From positions 40,470 to 104,469 of the forward strand of contig JABWCP010000006.1 in assembly GCA_013360215.1 (NCBI GenBank): 64,000 bases of DNA. The letters run 5' to 3'. This document shows, piece after piece, positions 1-9,706 of the stretch. The DNA is from a bacterium. Lineage in GTDB: Bacteria > CLD3 > SB21. The translations under genes were made by a program, and so were the position numbers. Numbering within the stretch: the stretch's first letter is position 1; each line of letters opens with the position of its first letter. Below the pieces are notes generated by a model. The model was not told the origin of the DNA. It worked only from the letters and a program-made list of their open reading frames with translations, and ran no database searches.

Positions 1-978
1 CCGGGATTAGTTCCGGGATTGCAGGGTGAAGGGGATATACCCGGAAAATCCAAAGAATGGGTCGTTGAGCAAGCTGAGAAATTTTACATGAGCATGGGGT
101 TTGAAAAGCTGAACGATAATTTTTATAAAAATTCTGATTTGTATCCTGCCGATGCCGCAAGCGGACGAAAAAAGAATACCCATGCGTCGGCATGGCACCT
201 GAATCTGGATCAGGATTACCGTTCGCTGATGAGTGTCGAACCCAATATGGAATGGTTTAAAACGACGCATCATGAGCTCGGGCATATTTATTACTACATC
301 GCTTATACCAATCCTGAAGTGCCGCTTACCTTGCGTGCCGGAGCTAATCGTGCGTACCATGAAGCGATGGGTGACCTGATGGCTGTGGCTGCATCGCAAG
401 AGGCTTATTTAGCCAGTTTAGGTTTATTTGATAAAACTAAGACGCCCGATGCGATCAAACTTTTGCTCAACAGCGCTTTATCCAATAGTTCGATCGTTTT
501 TCTGCCATTTGCTGCGGGTACGATGACGCATTTTGAATACGAACTGTACGAAAAAAATCTTCCCAAAGAAGAATTTAATAAGACATGGTGGGCACTAGCC
601 AAAAAATATCAAGGTATAGTTCCACCGAAAGAGCGTGGTGCCGAATATTGTGATGCGGCTACCAAAACGCACATCATTGACGATCCGGCGCAGTATTATG
701 ATTACGCCATTTCGTGTGTTTTGAAATTCCAAATGCATGACCATATTGCCAAGCAGATACTCAAGCAAGATCCGGCCAATTGCAATTATTACGGAAGCAA
801 AGAAGCCGGTGAGTTTATTCGCTCGATTATGCGTCCGGGCGCGAGCAAAGATTGGCGTCAAGTTTTGAAAGAAAAAACGGGTCAGGACTTGTCTGCAAAA
901 GCCATGTTGGATTATTACGGCCCGCTTTATGACTGGCTGCTCCAACAGAATAAGGGAAGAAAGAAAGCCGAGTTTTGA
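1..978 (+). CDS. Peptidase family M2 (angiotensin-converting-enzyme-like dipeptidyl carboxypeptidase), C-terminal part; 5' end lies outside the window
   Basis: Frame is open from the window edge. HHELGHIYYY (HExxH) followed by HEAMGD closely matches the ACE zinc site HHEMGHIQYY...EAIGD. Confidence 0.7.
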   Translation, partial: PGLVPGLQGEGDIPGKSKEWVVEQAEKFYMSMGFEKLNDNFYKNSDLYPADAASGRKKNTHASAWHLNLDQDYRSLMSVEPNMEWFKTTHHELGHIYYYIAYTNPEVPLTLRAGANRAYHEAMGDLMAVAASQEAYLASLGLFDKTKTPDAIKLLLNSALSNSSIVFLPFAAGTMTHFEYELYEKNLPKEEFNKTWWALAKKYQGIVPPKERGAEYCDAATKTHIIDDPAQYYDYAISCVLKFQMHDHIAKQILKQDPANCNYYGSKEAGEFIRSIMRPGASKDWRQVLKEKTGQDLSAKAMLDYYGPLYDWLLQQNKGRKKAEF

Positions 979-1093
979 GGAAAAATGAGAGTTATGAATG
1001 CAGAGTTTAGAGTTTAGAATTTTAGATTTGCGATTAGACGATTGTATGCGAATCATTTGCATAAAACGTTTGAACAACGTGAGGGTTGTTTAG

Positions 1094-1555
1094 TTGATGA
1101 TAAAAGAGATTGCTGAATTGAGAGGTTATCCGGTGATTTATTCGACGCCGGTGGCATGGGGCGAAATGGATGCGCTGGGGCATGTCAATAACATCATGTA
1201 CTTTCGTTATTTTGAAAGTGCGCGCTCCGATTATTTCCAACGCATCGGTGTATGGGATCATGCTCGGGAACACGGTATCGGCGTCATTCTACATTCGACG
1301 CAGTGCCGCTTTAAACGGCCTCTGACTTATCCGGATCAGATTCACGTAGGCGCTGCGACGGTCGAGGTGATGGCCGATCGTTTTCGCATGAAATATGCCG
1401 TGTGGAGTGAAACGCAACAGGCCATCGTGGCCGAAGGCGAAGGATTGATCGTCGTGTATGATTATAATCAAAATCAGAAATGTCCAATGCCATCGTGGAT
1501 GCGCGATGCGATGGCTGACTTAGAAAAAAAGGCGAGTCAGCCGACAAATTTGTAA
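1094..1555 (+). CDS. Hotdog-fold acyl-CoA thioesterase (4HBT/YbgC-like)
   Basis: 153 aa; YSTPVAWGEMDALGHVNNIMYFRYFESAR motif typical of 4HBT thioesterases. Confidence 0.65.
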   Translation: MMIKEIAELRGYPVIYSTPVAWGEMDALGHVNNIMYFRYFESARSDYFQRIGVWDHAREHGIGVILHSTQCRFKRPLTYPDQIHVGAATVEVMADRFRMKYAVWSETQQAIVAEGEGLIVVYDYNQNQKCPMPSWMRDAMADLEKKASQPTNL

Positions 1556-2223
1556 CCTAGACGGTGGACGGTGATAAAATATTGAGGCCGTTTGGGATTG
1601 GGCTCTAATTTTTGACGTAACCACGCCATGTGTACATCCACCGTGCGTGTTGTGATGTCTTCGCCATAATTCCAAACGTTCTCAAGTAATTCATCCCGGG
1701 ACAAAGTCGCATTGCGATGCTCGATCATATAGCGTAACAATCGAAATTCCTGCGCTGAGAGCTCCACTGTTTTTTTATGGACGCGTACTTCGGCTTTTCG
1801 AAAATCCACCTCAATATTGTTGAAACTGTAATTGTCCGACGCCTCCATGCGATTGGCCGGTTCACTACGTCGCAATAGCGCTTCGATACGTGCCGTGAGT
1901 TCGCTCATATCAAAAGGTTTCGTCAGATAATCATCGGCACCGAGTTTGAGTCCGATCACTTTATCGGTCGTCTGGCTTTTGGCGGTCAACATCAATATAG
2001 GCGTACGATCGCCGTCGCCGCGTAAATCGCGGCACACGTCCAAACCTGAACTTTGCGGCAGCATCACATCCATTAAAATAATATCATAACGATTCTTTCG
2101 GGCTTTGCTCAAAGCGATGGTGCCGTTTTCAGCGATGTCCACGGCGAATCCTTCACGCCGTAAGCGATCCGACAAAGTTATAATTAAACCGGGTTCGTCC
2201 TCGACCAGTAATAATTTTTTCAC
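1537..2223 (-). CDS. Response regulator, OmpR/PhoB family (receiver + winged-helix)
   Basis: MKKLLLVEDEP...DIILMDVMLP receiver motifs; C-terminal winged helix (YFITVHRLGYKF). Overlaps the upstream kinase gene by 4 nt. Confidence 0.85.
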   Translation of the reverse strand: MKKLLLVEDEPGLIITLSDRLRREGFAVDIAENGTIALSKARKNRYDIILMDVMLPQSSGLDVCRDLRGDGDRTPILMLTAKSQTTDKVIGLKLGADDYLTKPFDMSELTARIEALLRRSEPANRMEASDNYSFNNIEVDFRKAEVRVHKKTVELSAQEFRLLRYMIEHRNATLSRDELLENVWNYGEDITTRTVDVHMAWLRQKLEPNPKRPQYFITVHRLGYKFVG

Positions 2224-4001
2224 GTTCCCTCCGGAAGAAAAACACTAAACGTACTTCCTTTACCGGGTTCGCTCTCAACACGGATAGTGCCGCTATGCAA
2301 TGCGACATATCGTTCCACAATGCTGAGCCCGAGGCCATTGCCGTGAATCTGTGCATCGCGTACTCCGGACGCTCTGAAGAAAGGTTCAAAAATGTGAGGT
2401 ATATCTTTTTTATCAATGCCAATACCACGGTCGGTTATATCGGTGCGAATATACGGCGATTCATCGGTCAACGTGATACGTATCGGTGCATTGGCGCGAT
2501 TGTACTTGATCGCATTGGCGATCAGATTGTTAAATATCGTTTGTAAAGCTTCATGATTACCTTTAATCGTGTTATGCGTCGTTTGACGGTTTTCGAAATG
2601 AATCGGGGTGTCATTGGGAAATGAGGCGATGCATTTTGTGATAATTATGGATAAATCCAAACGCTCCATTTTTAATGAATTTTTATCGGTGATGATACCT
2701 GAAAAATCCAAAATCTGATCTACCATGTCCGATAGGCGTTTGCTTTCACCACGTATCAACTCGCCATAACGCCGCACATCATTGGCATCGGTTACGATCG
2801 CATCGGAAAGATTTTCACCGGCTGATCGGATAACGGCAAGCGGCGTTTTAAGTTCATGTGAAACTCCGGCAACAAATTCCAATTGCTGATTCGCTAATAT
2901 CCGTTCCTTTCGTTGTGCGATCAAAAGAATAACGAGTCCTGCGGCCATGATAAGCAGAACGCCTGCGCTAATAAAAAGGTTTCGCCATCGTACGATTTTG
3001 ACGGCATTTTCCAATGAGCCTTCACGATGTATGACCCGTAACGTGCAACCTGACGTCTTGATGTCGGCATGCAACCGCGTTACGATCGAATCCATGATCG
3101 GATTAAATGCGCCGTTTGACGTACGTTCGCTTGTTTCAATGGATTGCGTTACGGTCAGGGTTTTCATGGTCGTTTTATCACGGGTGCCTTTGACGCGAAC
3201 CATAAACATATCTTGAGTGCGAATACGGGCAATCTCAGCGCTGATATCCGATTTTGACCAATGTGCGATCGGTAAATTAGGATTGGATTTGTAAAAAAAT
3301 TCAGATTGGTCATCATTGATAACAGCGATATCTACGTCATTTTCGAATGATGGGCCAAAGTGAATACCTGCTAAACTATCCATCCATGATTTGACCGCAT
3401 TCGTATCCAAAAGAACAGCTATGATTTCCTCAGCCGGTTGCTCCCACGGCAGGCTTAGCATTTTGCGCATCGGATTGACAGTCACGATGATATATGGGTA
3501 GTCGGCAAGGAGGTGGCCTTGCATGATAATCAGATTGTTTTTTTCCTTACCGGTCGAGCGCATAGCACGCATCCGCTGTAATTTGAGAACGATGGGGTTT
3601 GACAGTGTGTCGGAAACCCGATGAAGTTCGGGTTTTGCCGAATCCAACAAAAAAACCTCAGGTGTGTTATTTTCAGACATACGACCGTAAAAAACTGATC
3701 GAATCAGATCCTGACGCACAGCACCGGTTTGCCATTTATTGACGGTACTTTGCAGGATATTGGGCAACTGTTCAGGTTGATCAAAGTCCACTCGAAAAAG
3801 ATATTCATGTAGACGCGATATTTCACTGTCAAAATCCGATGCCATACGCGTAGCGCTGATATGGAGATTACTCCGCATGCGCGTCAATTCGCCTTCGCTC
3901 AGTCGCCCCAGCCAAATATACTGCATTGTTCCGATACTGATCAGCGCTATGGTAAGCAGCGCGATAATCCATCCCGGGTGTAATCGTTTTGATTTTGCCA
4001 T
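2220..4001 (-). CDS. Sensor histidine kinase with two TM segments and a periplasmic sensor domain
   Basis: N-terminal TM, ~300 aa periplasmic region, second TM, H-box SHELKTPL, and HATPase_c motifs (NLIANAIKY, GNGLGLSIV). Confidence 0.85.
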   Translation of the reverse strand: MAKSKRLHPGWIIALLTIALISIGTMQYIWLGRLSEGELTRMRSNLHISATRMASDFDSEISRLHEYLFRVDFDQPEQLPNILQSTVNKWQTGAVRQDLIRSVFYGRMSENNTPEVFLLDSAKPELHRVSDTLSNPIVLKLQRMRAMRSTGKEKNNLIIMQGHLLADYPYIIVTVNPMRKMLSLPWEQPAEEIIAVLLDTNAVKSWMDSLAGIHFGPSFENDVDIAVINDDQSEFFYKSNPNLPIAHWSKSDISAEIARIRTQDMFMVRVKGTRDKTTMKTLTVTQSIETSERTSNGAFNPIMDSIVTRLHADIKTSGCTLRVIHREGSLENAVKIVRWRNLFISAGVLLIMAAGLVILLIAQRKERILANQQLEFVAGVSHELKTPLAVIRSAGENLSDAIVTDANDVRRYGELIRGESKRLSDMVDQILDFSGIITDKNSLKMERLDLSIIITKCIASFPNDTPIHFENRQTTHNTIKGNHEALQTIFNNLIANAIKYNRANAPIRITLTDESPYIRTDITDRGIGIDKKDIPHIFEPFFRASGVRDAQIHGNGLGLSIVERYVALHSGTIRVESEPGKGSTFSVFLPEGT

Positions 4002-4167
4002 AGTGAAAAATAGGCATTCGAACAGCGGTCTTCAATCGAAATGTGTGCTGCGATTCACATTTTACATAGTTTACAACTCTTTTACGCCGGCTTAACAACT
4101 CTAGTTCTAAAATCAAGTATCATTAGCGTAATTCATCATCGTCTATAAAACTTGGAAGGAACGCAGT

Positions 4168-4602
4168 ATGAAAAAAATAATCCTCATCTTAGGTATGGCC
4201 CTGCTCGGTGTCGGAGGAAATGCATTCGCGCAAGGTATTCGCTATATGGCTACGGGTCCTGTGCAGCCGGTGGATGAAGTCGGGGTTATATTTGCAGAAA
4301 AAGAGAACGGTTTGATTGCCGATTTGATTTTTCCTGAACACGCATTACCCAAAGGTTATAAACCTCAAGGGATTGAAAAAAATGATGTGTTGGTGATGGT
4401 TAACGGGGTTTCGGTAAAAACCGCAAACGAGTTGAAAGCGGCTTACGATAAAGTCAAAGTCGGTGATACGATCAAACTCGGGCTAAAACGCGGGGATGAA
4501 AAAATGATTGCCAGTTTTGCCAAAATAGATCCCGAGCATTTACCAAAACGTAAAATGATCAAACGTACGCCGGACGGAAAAGAAATAGAGGAAACCAAAT
4601 AA
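4168..4602 (+). CDS. Secreted PDZ-domain protein
   Basis: Signal peptide; PDZ-like stretch VNGVSVKTANELKAAYDKVKVGDTIKLGLKR. Stop overlaps the next start (TAATG). Confidence 0.45.
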   Translation: MKKIILILGMALLGVGGNAFAQGIRYMATGPVQPVDEVGVIFAEKENGLIADLIFPEHALPKGYKPQGIEKNDVLVMVNGVSVKTANELKAAYDKVKVGDTIKLGLKRGDEKMIASFAKIDPEHLPKRKMIKRTPDGKEIEETK

Positions 4603-6092
4603 TGTTAAGGTGGTTTTCTTTTACAGTTCTATTCTTTTGCAGTACGGATTTTAGTTTGGTAGCGCAGTATAATGCATTTAACCAGCGTGATGATAAATAT
4701 CCGCTGTTGGGATTAAAACGCGCCAAAGAGGTTTATGAATCGGAGAAAGCCGAATACGAACGCGTTAAACAATTGTTTGATAAACAACTGGCTTCACCCG
4801 CGGAACTGGAACGGGCCCGGCGTTCACTGGCCGATGTTGAGGTGAACTATCAGCAATCGCTGTTGGCGGTGCTGTTTGAACAGCAATTTATCACGGTGTC
4901 ACGCGCGGTTAAATATCAGGACAAACGCGGACAGAAGCGTGTTCGTGTCGAACTGATGAACACCTCCGGCGGTGAGGCGGAATTTCGTAAGTTGATTTCC
5001 ATGGAAGACGAGCTATTTCGTTCCTTACAACCGGACCACATTAATAATATCTACGTCTCCGTAACGAACACGGAAGGTGCGATCATCAGTCAACCGTACG
5101 AATCCAAAGTCAACGAATTGATCTACGGACAGCCCGTGACACTGGATTTTGTAATGTTGCAAGATTTGGATGTGGTGAGCGTGAATATTATTTATGGTAA
5201 CGGTGCATCGCGCAGCATGCGGATTTTTTTACAAAAAGACGCCACGGAAAATAAAGTATTATTCCAATCCGAGCAGTTTTCACAGGAAGCAGATCTCGGG
5301 AGCAATGCCACATTTGATCTTACGTTGGAGTTATTCAGCGGCACGGATAATACGTTTAAGCTGGAAGTATTGAACCTCCCGCCGGAACTGACGCGTTATT
5401 TTCTTGATGCGGCAACCAATGCTAAACTCAGCCAGTTAAAGTTTACCGAATCGGCGCGTACCCGTAAGGCATCGCTCCGCGTTTTTCTGCCGGATCGTCC
5501 TACCGAACAAGTCCAAATCGAAAAAACGATTCCGTTTTATGTATTAGCGATACCGCAGGAAAAGCAGGCACTCATCCAAACGCAACGCGATAAGGTGTGG
5601 TCCCAACAAGAGATCGAATCGCTCAACGCAGGCTATCTCCGGCTGGAACTCATCGTCAAAGGCAATGCACGTTTATTGGTCAAAGCGCCCAAGTTGTATT
5701 ATGCCACGACAGAATCCGAGCCTGTAGAAGCATCACTTGAAATTCGCAACGACGGTTCACGCCGCCTTGATAACATCAAGTTTGAAGTGGATCTGCCCTT
5801 GGAATGGAAGAAGGAAATACAATCGCTGATGATTCCTTCGATCCATGTAAACGAAGAGTCGGTTGTGCGATTTAAGTTTTATCCGCCGGAACACGTGGCC
5901 GTCGGTAAATACGAAGTGCGCATCCGAACTTCATCCGTCTCCGATAATCAACCGGTCAATGCCGAGGATAAGGTAATTACTATTGATATTCAGGCGGGAA
6001 GTAATGTTTTGGGCACGATGGCGCTGATCGTTCTGATTCTAAGCATTATCGGTGGAATAGTTTGGTTCGGCATTAAACTCACACGTAAATAG
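4602..6092 (+). CDS. Membrane-anchored protein with hydrophobic N- and C-termini; possible GldG-like ABC-2 auxiliary component
   Basis: 496 aa; N-terminal hydrophobic segment and C-terminal TM (LGTMALIVLILSIIGGIVWFGIKL). Sits immediately upstream of the ABC ATPase. The GldG analogy is inference from topology and context. Confidence 0.4.
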   Translation: MLRWFSFTVLFFCSTDFSLVAQYNAFNQRDDKYPLLGLKRAKEVYESEKAEYERVKQLFDKQLASPAELERARRSLADVEVNYQQSLLAVLFEQQFITVSRAVKYQDKRGQKRVRVELMNTSGGEAEFRKLISMEDELFRSLQPDHINNIYVSVTNTEGAIISQPYESKVNELIYGQPVTLDFVMLQDLDVVSVNIIYGNGASRSMRIFLQKDATENKVLFQSEQFSQEADLGSNATFDLTLELFSGTDNTFKLEVLNLPPELTRYFLDAATNAKLSQLKFTESARTRKASLRVFLPDRPTEQVQIEKTIPFYVLAIPQEKQALIQTQRDKVWSQQEIESLNAGYLRLELIVKGNARLLVKAPKLYYATTESEPVEASLEIRNDGSRRLDNIKFEVDLPLEWKKEIQSLMIPSIHVNEESVVRFKFYPPEHVAVGKYEVRIRTSSVSDNQPVNAEDKVITIDIQAGSNVLGTMALIVLILSIIGGIVWFGIKLTRK

Positions 6093-6100
6093 AGGTATTT

Positions 6101-6850
6101 ATGACAGTACACAATCAACCCATTTTAGAAGCGGCACAATTGACCAAACGTTATGACGATGGTGCTTTAGCGCTTAACGGTATTTCGTTTCAGGTTCATC
6201 CCGGTGAAATATATGCGATGCTTGGAGGGAACGGCGCCGGTAAAACGACGACAATTAATATTTTTTTCAATTTCATCACCCCGACATCCGGCGAGGCCAG
6301 AGTCAAAGGAATCATCACACATCAGGAACCTTTAAGGGCCAAAGAACAAATGGCTTTTGTGTCGGAGAATGTGATGCTCTATCCTAATTTTACAGCGATG
6401 GAGAATCTTGAGTTTTTTGCAAAGCTGGGCGGTCGCGCAGACATAACCGAATCGGAAATGGCAGCCACGTTATCACGTGTCGGACTACAAAGCGAAGCGA
6501 TGAACAAAAAAGTCCGAACCTTTTCCAAAGGCATGCGGCAAAAATGCGGTATAGCCATCGCTATTATCAAAAAAGCTCCGGCCATTATTTTGGATGAACC
6601 TACATCGGGTTTGGATCCCAAGGCGGGGTATGAATTTAACCGATTACTGATCGAACTAAAACAAGAGGGTAAAGCGATCCTTATGTCCACTCATGATATT
6701 TTCAGGGCTAAGGAAGTGGCCGATCATATCGGAATTATGAACCGCGGCTCAATCGTGATGCAAAAAAACCGCGATGAATTAGCGCACGAAGATTTAGAGA
6801 AACTCTACATTGAATATATGGCGGGTTACATGGAACCGGTAGCCGTATAG
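6101..6850 (+). CDS. ABC transporter ATP-binding protein (ABC-2 type)
   Basis: Walker A GGNGAGKTT, signature FSKGMRQK, Walker B ILDEPTSGLD. Confidence 0.85.
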   Translation: MTVHNQPILEAAQLTKRYDDGALALNGISFQVHPGEIYAMLGGNGAGKTTTINIFFNFITPTSGEARVKGIITHQEPLRAKEQMAFVSENVMLYPNFTAMENLEFFAKLGGRADITESEMAATLSRVGLQSEAMNKKVRTFSKGMRQKCGIAIAIIKKAPAIILDEPTSGLDPKAGYEFNRLLIELKQEGKAILMSTHDIFRAKEVADHIGIMNRGSIVMQKNRDELAHEDLEKLYIEYMAGYMEPVAV

Positions 6851-6873
6851 CATTAAACATTAGTAAGGTGGTT

Positions 6874-8256
6874 ATGAAAAAAATATGTTGCATAGTCTGG
6901 TTCATTAGTTCTATTGCTACGGCCCAATCGCGTGATGCACAAGTAAGCGAGTTAGATTCATTGATACAATCAGCTTTACGAGACGGGTTTCATGGATTGG
7001 TGTGGGTTGAAAGCAACGACAAGCCGATCTACTACAAAGGTTTTGGTTTTGCTAACGAAAGTAATAACCAAAAATTTGACAGTACGGTTTTTGTACAAAT
7101 CGGTTCTACGGTCAAAGATTTTACGCGTGTTGCGATTTATCAACTAGTCGAAAAAAGAAAGTTATCTCTCAACGATCCGCTGTCCAAATATATGCCCGGC
7201 CTCGCAGGAGAAAAGAATAAGATTACCGTTCAGCACTTATTGAATCATACCGCCGGCTTTCCTATGGGCATCAAATTTGATGCGGAGCCGCTGACGAAAG
7301 AAGAAATGGTAGAACATATCAGAGGTCTAAATTTACTCTCAAGCCCGGGAGTGCACGAAAAATATTCTAACTTAGGTTATTCATGCCTTGCTTATGTCAT
7401 AGAAAAAATAAGCGGTCGTTCATTTGATGCCTATGTGGACGAGTATATTCTGAAACCTTTAGGCATGCATCATACCGGCACATATCGCCCTAATTTTGAT
7501 CGTAATAAAATAGCTCATGGATACCGTCAACATGCGGATATCGGTATTATTTTGGATATGCCGCATGATCAAGACGGGCACCTATGGAGTTTACGAGGGA
7601 ACGGTGGTTATTTATCTACGTTTCGAGATATGAAATTTTTTTTTGATTCATTTGAAACGGACAAATTATTAAGTACGCCGGCATTTCGCATGGCCGTTTA
7701 TGACTCCAAACAGCCTACGGTGCTGGCCGGATCAGATATGATTTCGTTCTATGGGTTTGCCAATTTTCCCGGTATCAAAGCGCGGCTCATGATTGCCAGT
7801 AATCATGATAATTACATGGGGCATCAATTGTTAGAATCCATTGAGGGATATTTACGCAACGGTAAAAACCCTATGGGAAAAGTTATCAAAACCGTTGAGG
7901 TAGATAGCCCCGGCGAGAGTGCAGAGGTTTTTGATTTACCCAAAGAGGGTGCGGGATTGACGATCCGACGATATGTTGAGGCTTTCAATAGCGGTAACGC
8001 GAATACGATGAAAGCGTTTTTTGAAAATTATGCCAAAAGCGGAGACGGTTTTACTCCGATGGAACGACGTTTGCAAAATTATAATCGGTTGTTTTCGGAT
8101 TTAGGTGTTATAACCGTGAGTTCATTTCAAACACGTGCGGATGGTTCCTGGGAAGTGCATGTGGGCTCGGCGAAAGCGAAAGCAATTTTTAATTTTCAAA
8201 TCGAAACTAAAGCGCCTTGGCGTTTTGAAGCTTTACAGATCGAATTAGGCGATTAG
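6874..8256 (+). CDS. Beta-lactamase/PBP-like serine hydrolase family protein with a C-terminal extra domain
   Basis: Signal peptide; S-x-x-K motif IGSTVKDFT; 460 aa. The start could instead be GTG 6868. Confidence 0.65.
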   Translation: MKKICCIVWFISSIATAQSRDAQVSELDSLIQSALRDGFHGLVWVESNDKPIYYKGFGFANESNNQKFDSTVFVQIGSTVKDFTRVAIYQLVEKRKLSLNDPLSKYMPGLAGEKNKITVQHLLNHTAGFPMGIKFDAEPLTKEEMVEHIRGLNLLSSPGVHEKYSNLGYSCLAYVIEKISGRSFDAYVDEYILKPLGMHHTGTYRPNFDRNKIAHGYRQHADIGIILDMPHDQDGHLWSLRGNGGYLSTFRDMKFFFDSFETDKLLSTPAFRMAVYDSKQPTVLAGSDMISFYGFANFPGIKARLMIASNHDNYMGHQLLESIEGYLRNGKNPMGKVIKTVEVDSPGESAEVFDLPKEGAGLTIRRYVEAFNSGNANTMKAFFENYAKSGDGFTPMERRLQNYNRLFSDLGVITVSSFQTRADGSWEVHVGSAKAKAIFNFQIETKAPWRFEALQIELGD

Positions 8257-8281
8257 TTTCACAAATTAAATATAAAACTAT

Positions 8282-9694
8282 ATGTTTACGTTACTGCTGA
8301 AAAAAGAAATACGCGATATTTTAAACTCACCCAAGTTTTCCGTGCTTTTCGGGATGGGATCGTTGCTCATCTTGTTGGCGTTTTATATGGGTGCGCGCAA
8401 TTATCAAGTTCTGCAAAGTCAATACGAAAGCGCGGTGCGAGAAAATTTACGCCAATTGGAAGGCGTGACAGATTGGTCGCGCGTCGAACCACAAATACAT
8501 CTACCACCTTCGCCGTTAGCCAGTCTTATATCCGGTGTGAGCAACGATATCGGTCGCTCAGTACAAGTGCAGGCCGGTGCCGCCGAATTGATACCGGATC
8601 ATACGCGTTATGGCGAAGATCCCGTTTACGCGGCATTCCGTTTACTGGATTTGGAGTTTGTATTTCAACTGATTCTATCATTAGTGGCGATACTACTGGC
8701 TTATAATGCTGTTAACGGCGAACGCGAGCAGGGTACGCTCAAACTGATGATGGCGCATGCCGTGCCCAAAGATAAAGTGATTTTTGCTAAACTTGTCGGC
8801 AGCTTTACCGCAACGGCTCTGCCTTTGCTGGTTCCTATATTGATCGGCTGCGGTATATTGATGGTGATGAATGTACCGCTGACCGGAGCGGAGTGGCTGC
8901 GCCTGATGCTGATCGTATGTTCAGGAATGTTGTATTATTTCGTTTTTCTTAGTGTTTCTATCTTGGTTTCCTCGCTGACAGCCCGATCGGCTCATGCGTT
9001 TCTTGCGCTTTTGATTATCTGGATTTTTACCGTGCTGATCGTACCGCGTACGGCCGTGCTCTTAGCGGGTCGGGCGATCGAAGTGCCGTCCGTGGATGAA
9101 ATCAACTCACAAAAGTTTCGTCATCAATCGCAGCTCTTTAATGAACATTTTCAAAAAATCGGCGAATTTAAACCAAATTCAAACGATCCTGAAAAAGCAA
9201 TGAATGAATTTAACGAATTTATGGACAAAGCGCGCGCTGATCGGGAAAAGAAGGTCGTCGAATTTAATGAACGATTAAATGAAGACCGCGATAACCGGCA
9301 AAAAATACAACAGCAGTGGGCTTTTGCCTTGGGACGTATTTCACCGGCGACGTCGTTTTCGCTCGCCGCCATGCAATTGGCGGGGACATCTTCGGAACTT
9401 CGTAATCGTTTTGAAGAGTCCGTCAAATCGTATAAACAGACATTCAAACAATTTGTTTTTGAAAAAACGGGAAAAGCTCCGGGTGGCCATATGATGATGA
9501 TTCGTATCGGTGATTCGTCTGAAGAAAAACCGAAGCCTATCAATCCTTACGATTTACCGCAGTTTGTGATGCCATCGTTGACTTTTTCAGAAATAATCAA
9601 TGCCGCTTTGCCGGATATGGCCATTTTGATCGTCATCAATATGCTCATATTTGCGGCTACCACAGCTGCATTTCTTCGTTACGACGTACGATAA
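8282..9694 (+). CDS. ABC-2 family transporter permease
   Basis: Multiple TM helices and a long periplasmic loop. Paralog of the next gene, sharing the MxxLLxKExxxILxSPKF N-terminus and the FLRYDVR C-terminus. Confidence 0.6.
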   Translation: MFTLLLKKEIRDILNSPKFSVLFGMGSLLILLAFYMGARNYQVLQSQYESAVRENLRQLEGVTDWSRVEPQIHLPPSPLASLISGVSNDIGRSVQVQAGAAELIPDHTRYGEDPVYAAFRLLDLEFVFQLILSLVAILLAYNAVNGEREQGTLKLMMAHAVPKDKVIFAKLVGSFTATALPLLVPILIGCGILMVMNVPLTGAEWLRLMLIVCSGMLYYFVFLSVSILVSSLTARSAHAFLALLIIWIFTVLIVPRTAVLLAGRAIEVPSVDEINSQKFRHQSQLFNEHFQKIGEFKPNSNDPEKAMNEFNEFMDKARADREKKVVEFNERLNEDRDNRQKIQQQWAFALGRISPATSFSLAAMQLAGTSSELRNRFEESVKSYKQTFKQFVFEKTGKAPGGHMMMIRIGDSSEEKPKPINPYDLPQFVMPSLTFSEIINAALPDMAILIVINMLIFAATTAAFLRYDVR

Positions 9695-9706
9695 AAGGAG
9701 AAACCC

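Noticed and set aside
1000-1040. Tandem agagtttag / agaattttag units after the M2 peptidase gene
   Set aside because: Three short imperfect units in an intergenic region. Most likely low-complexity sequence or a terminator context, not a functional repeat array.
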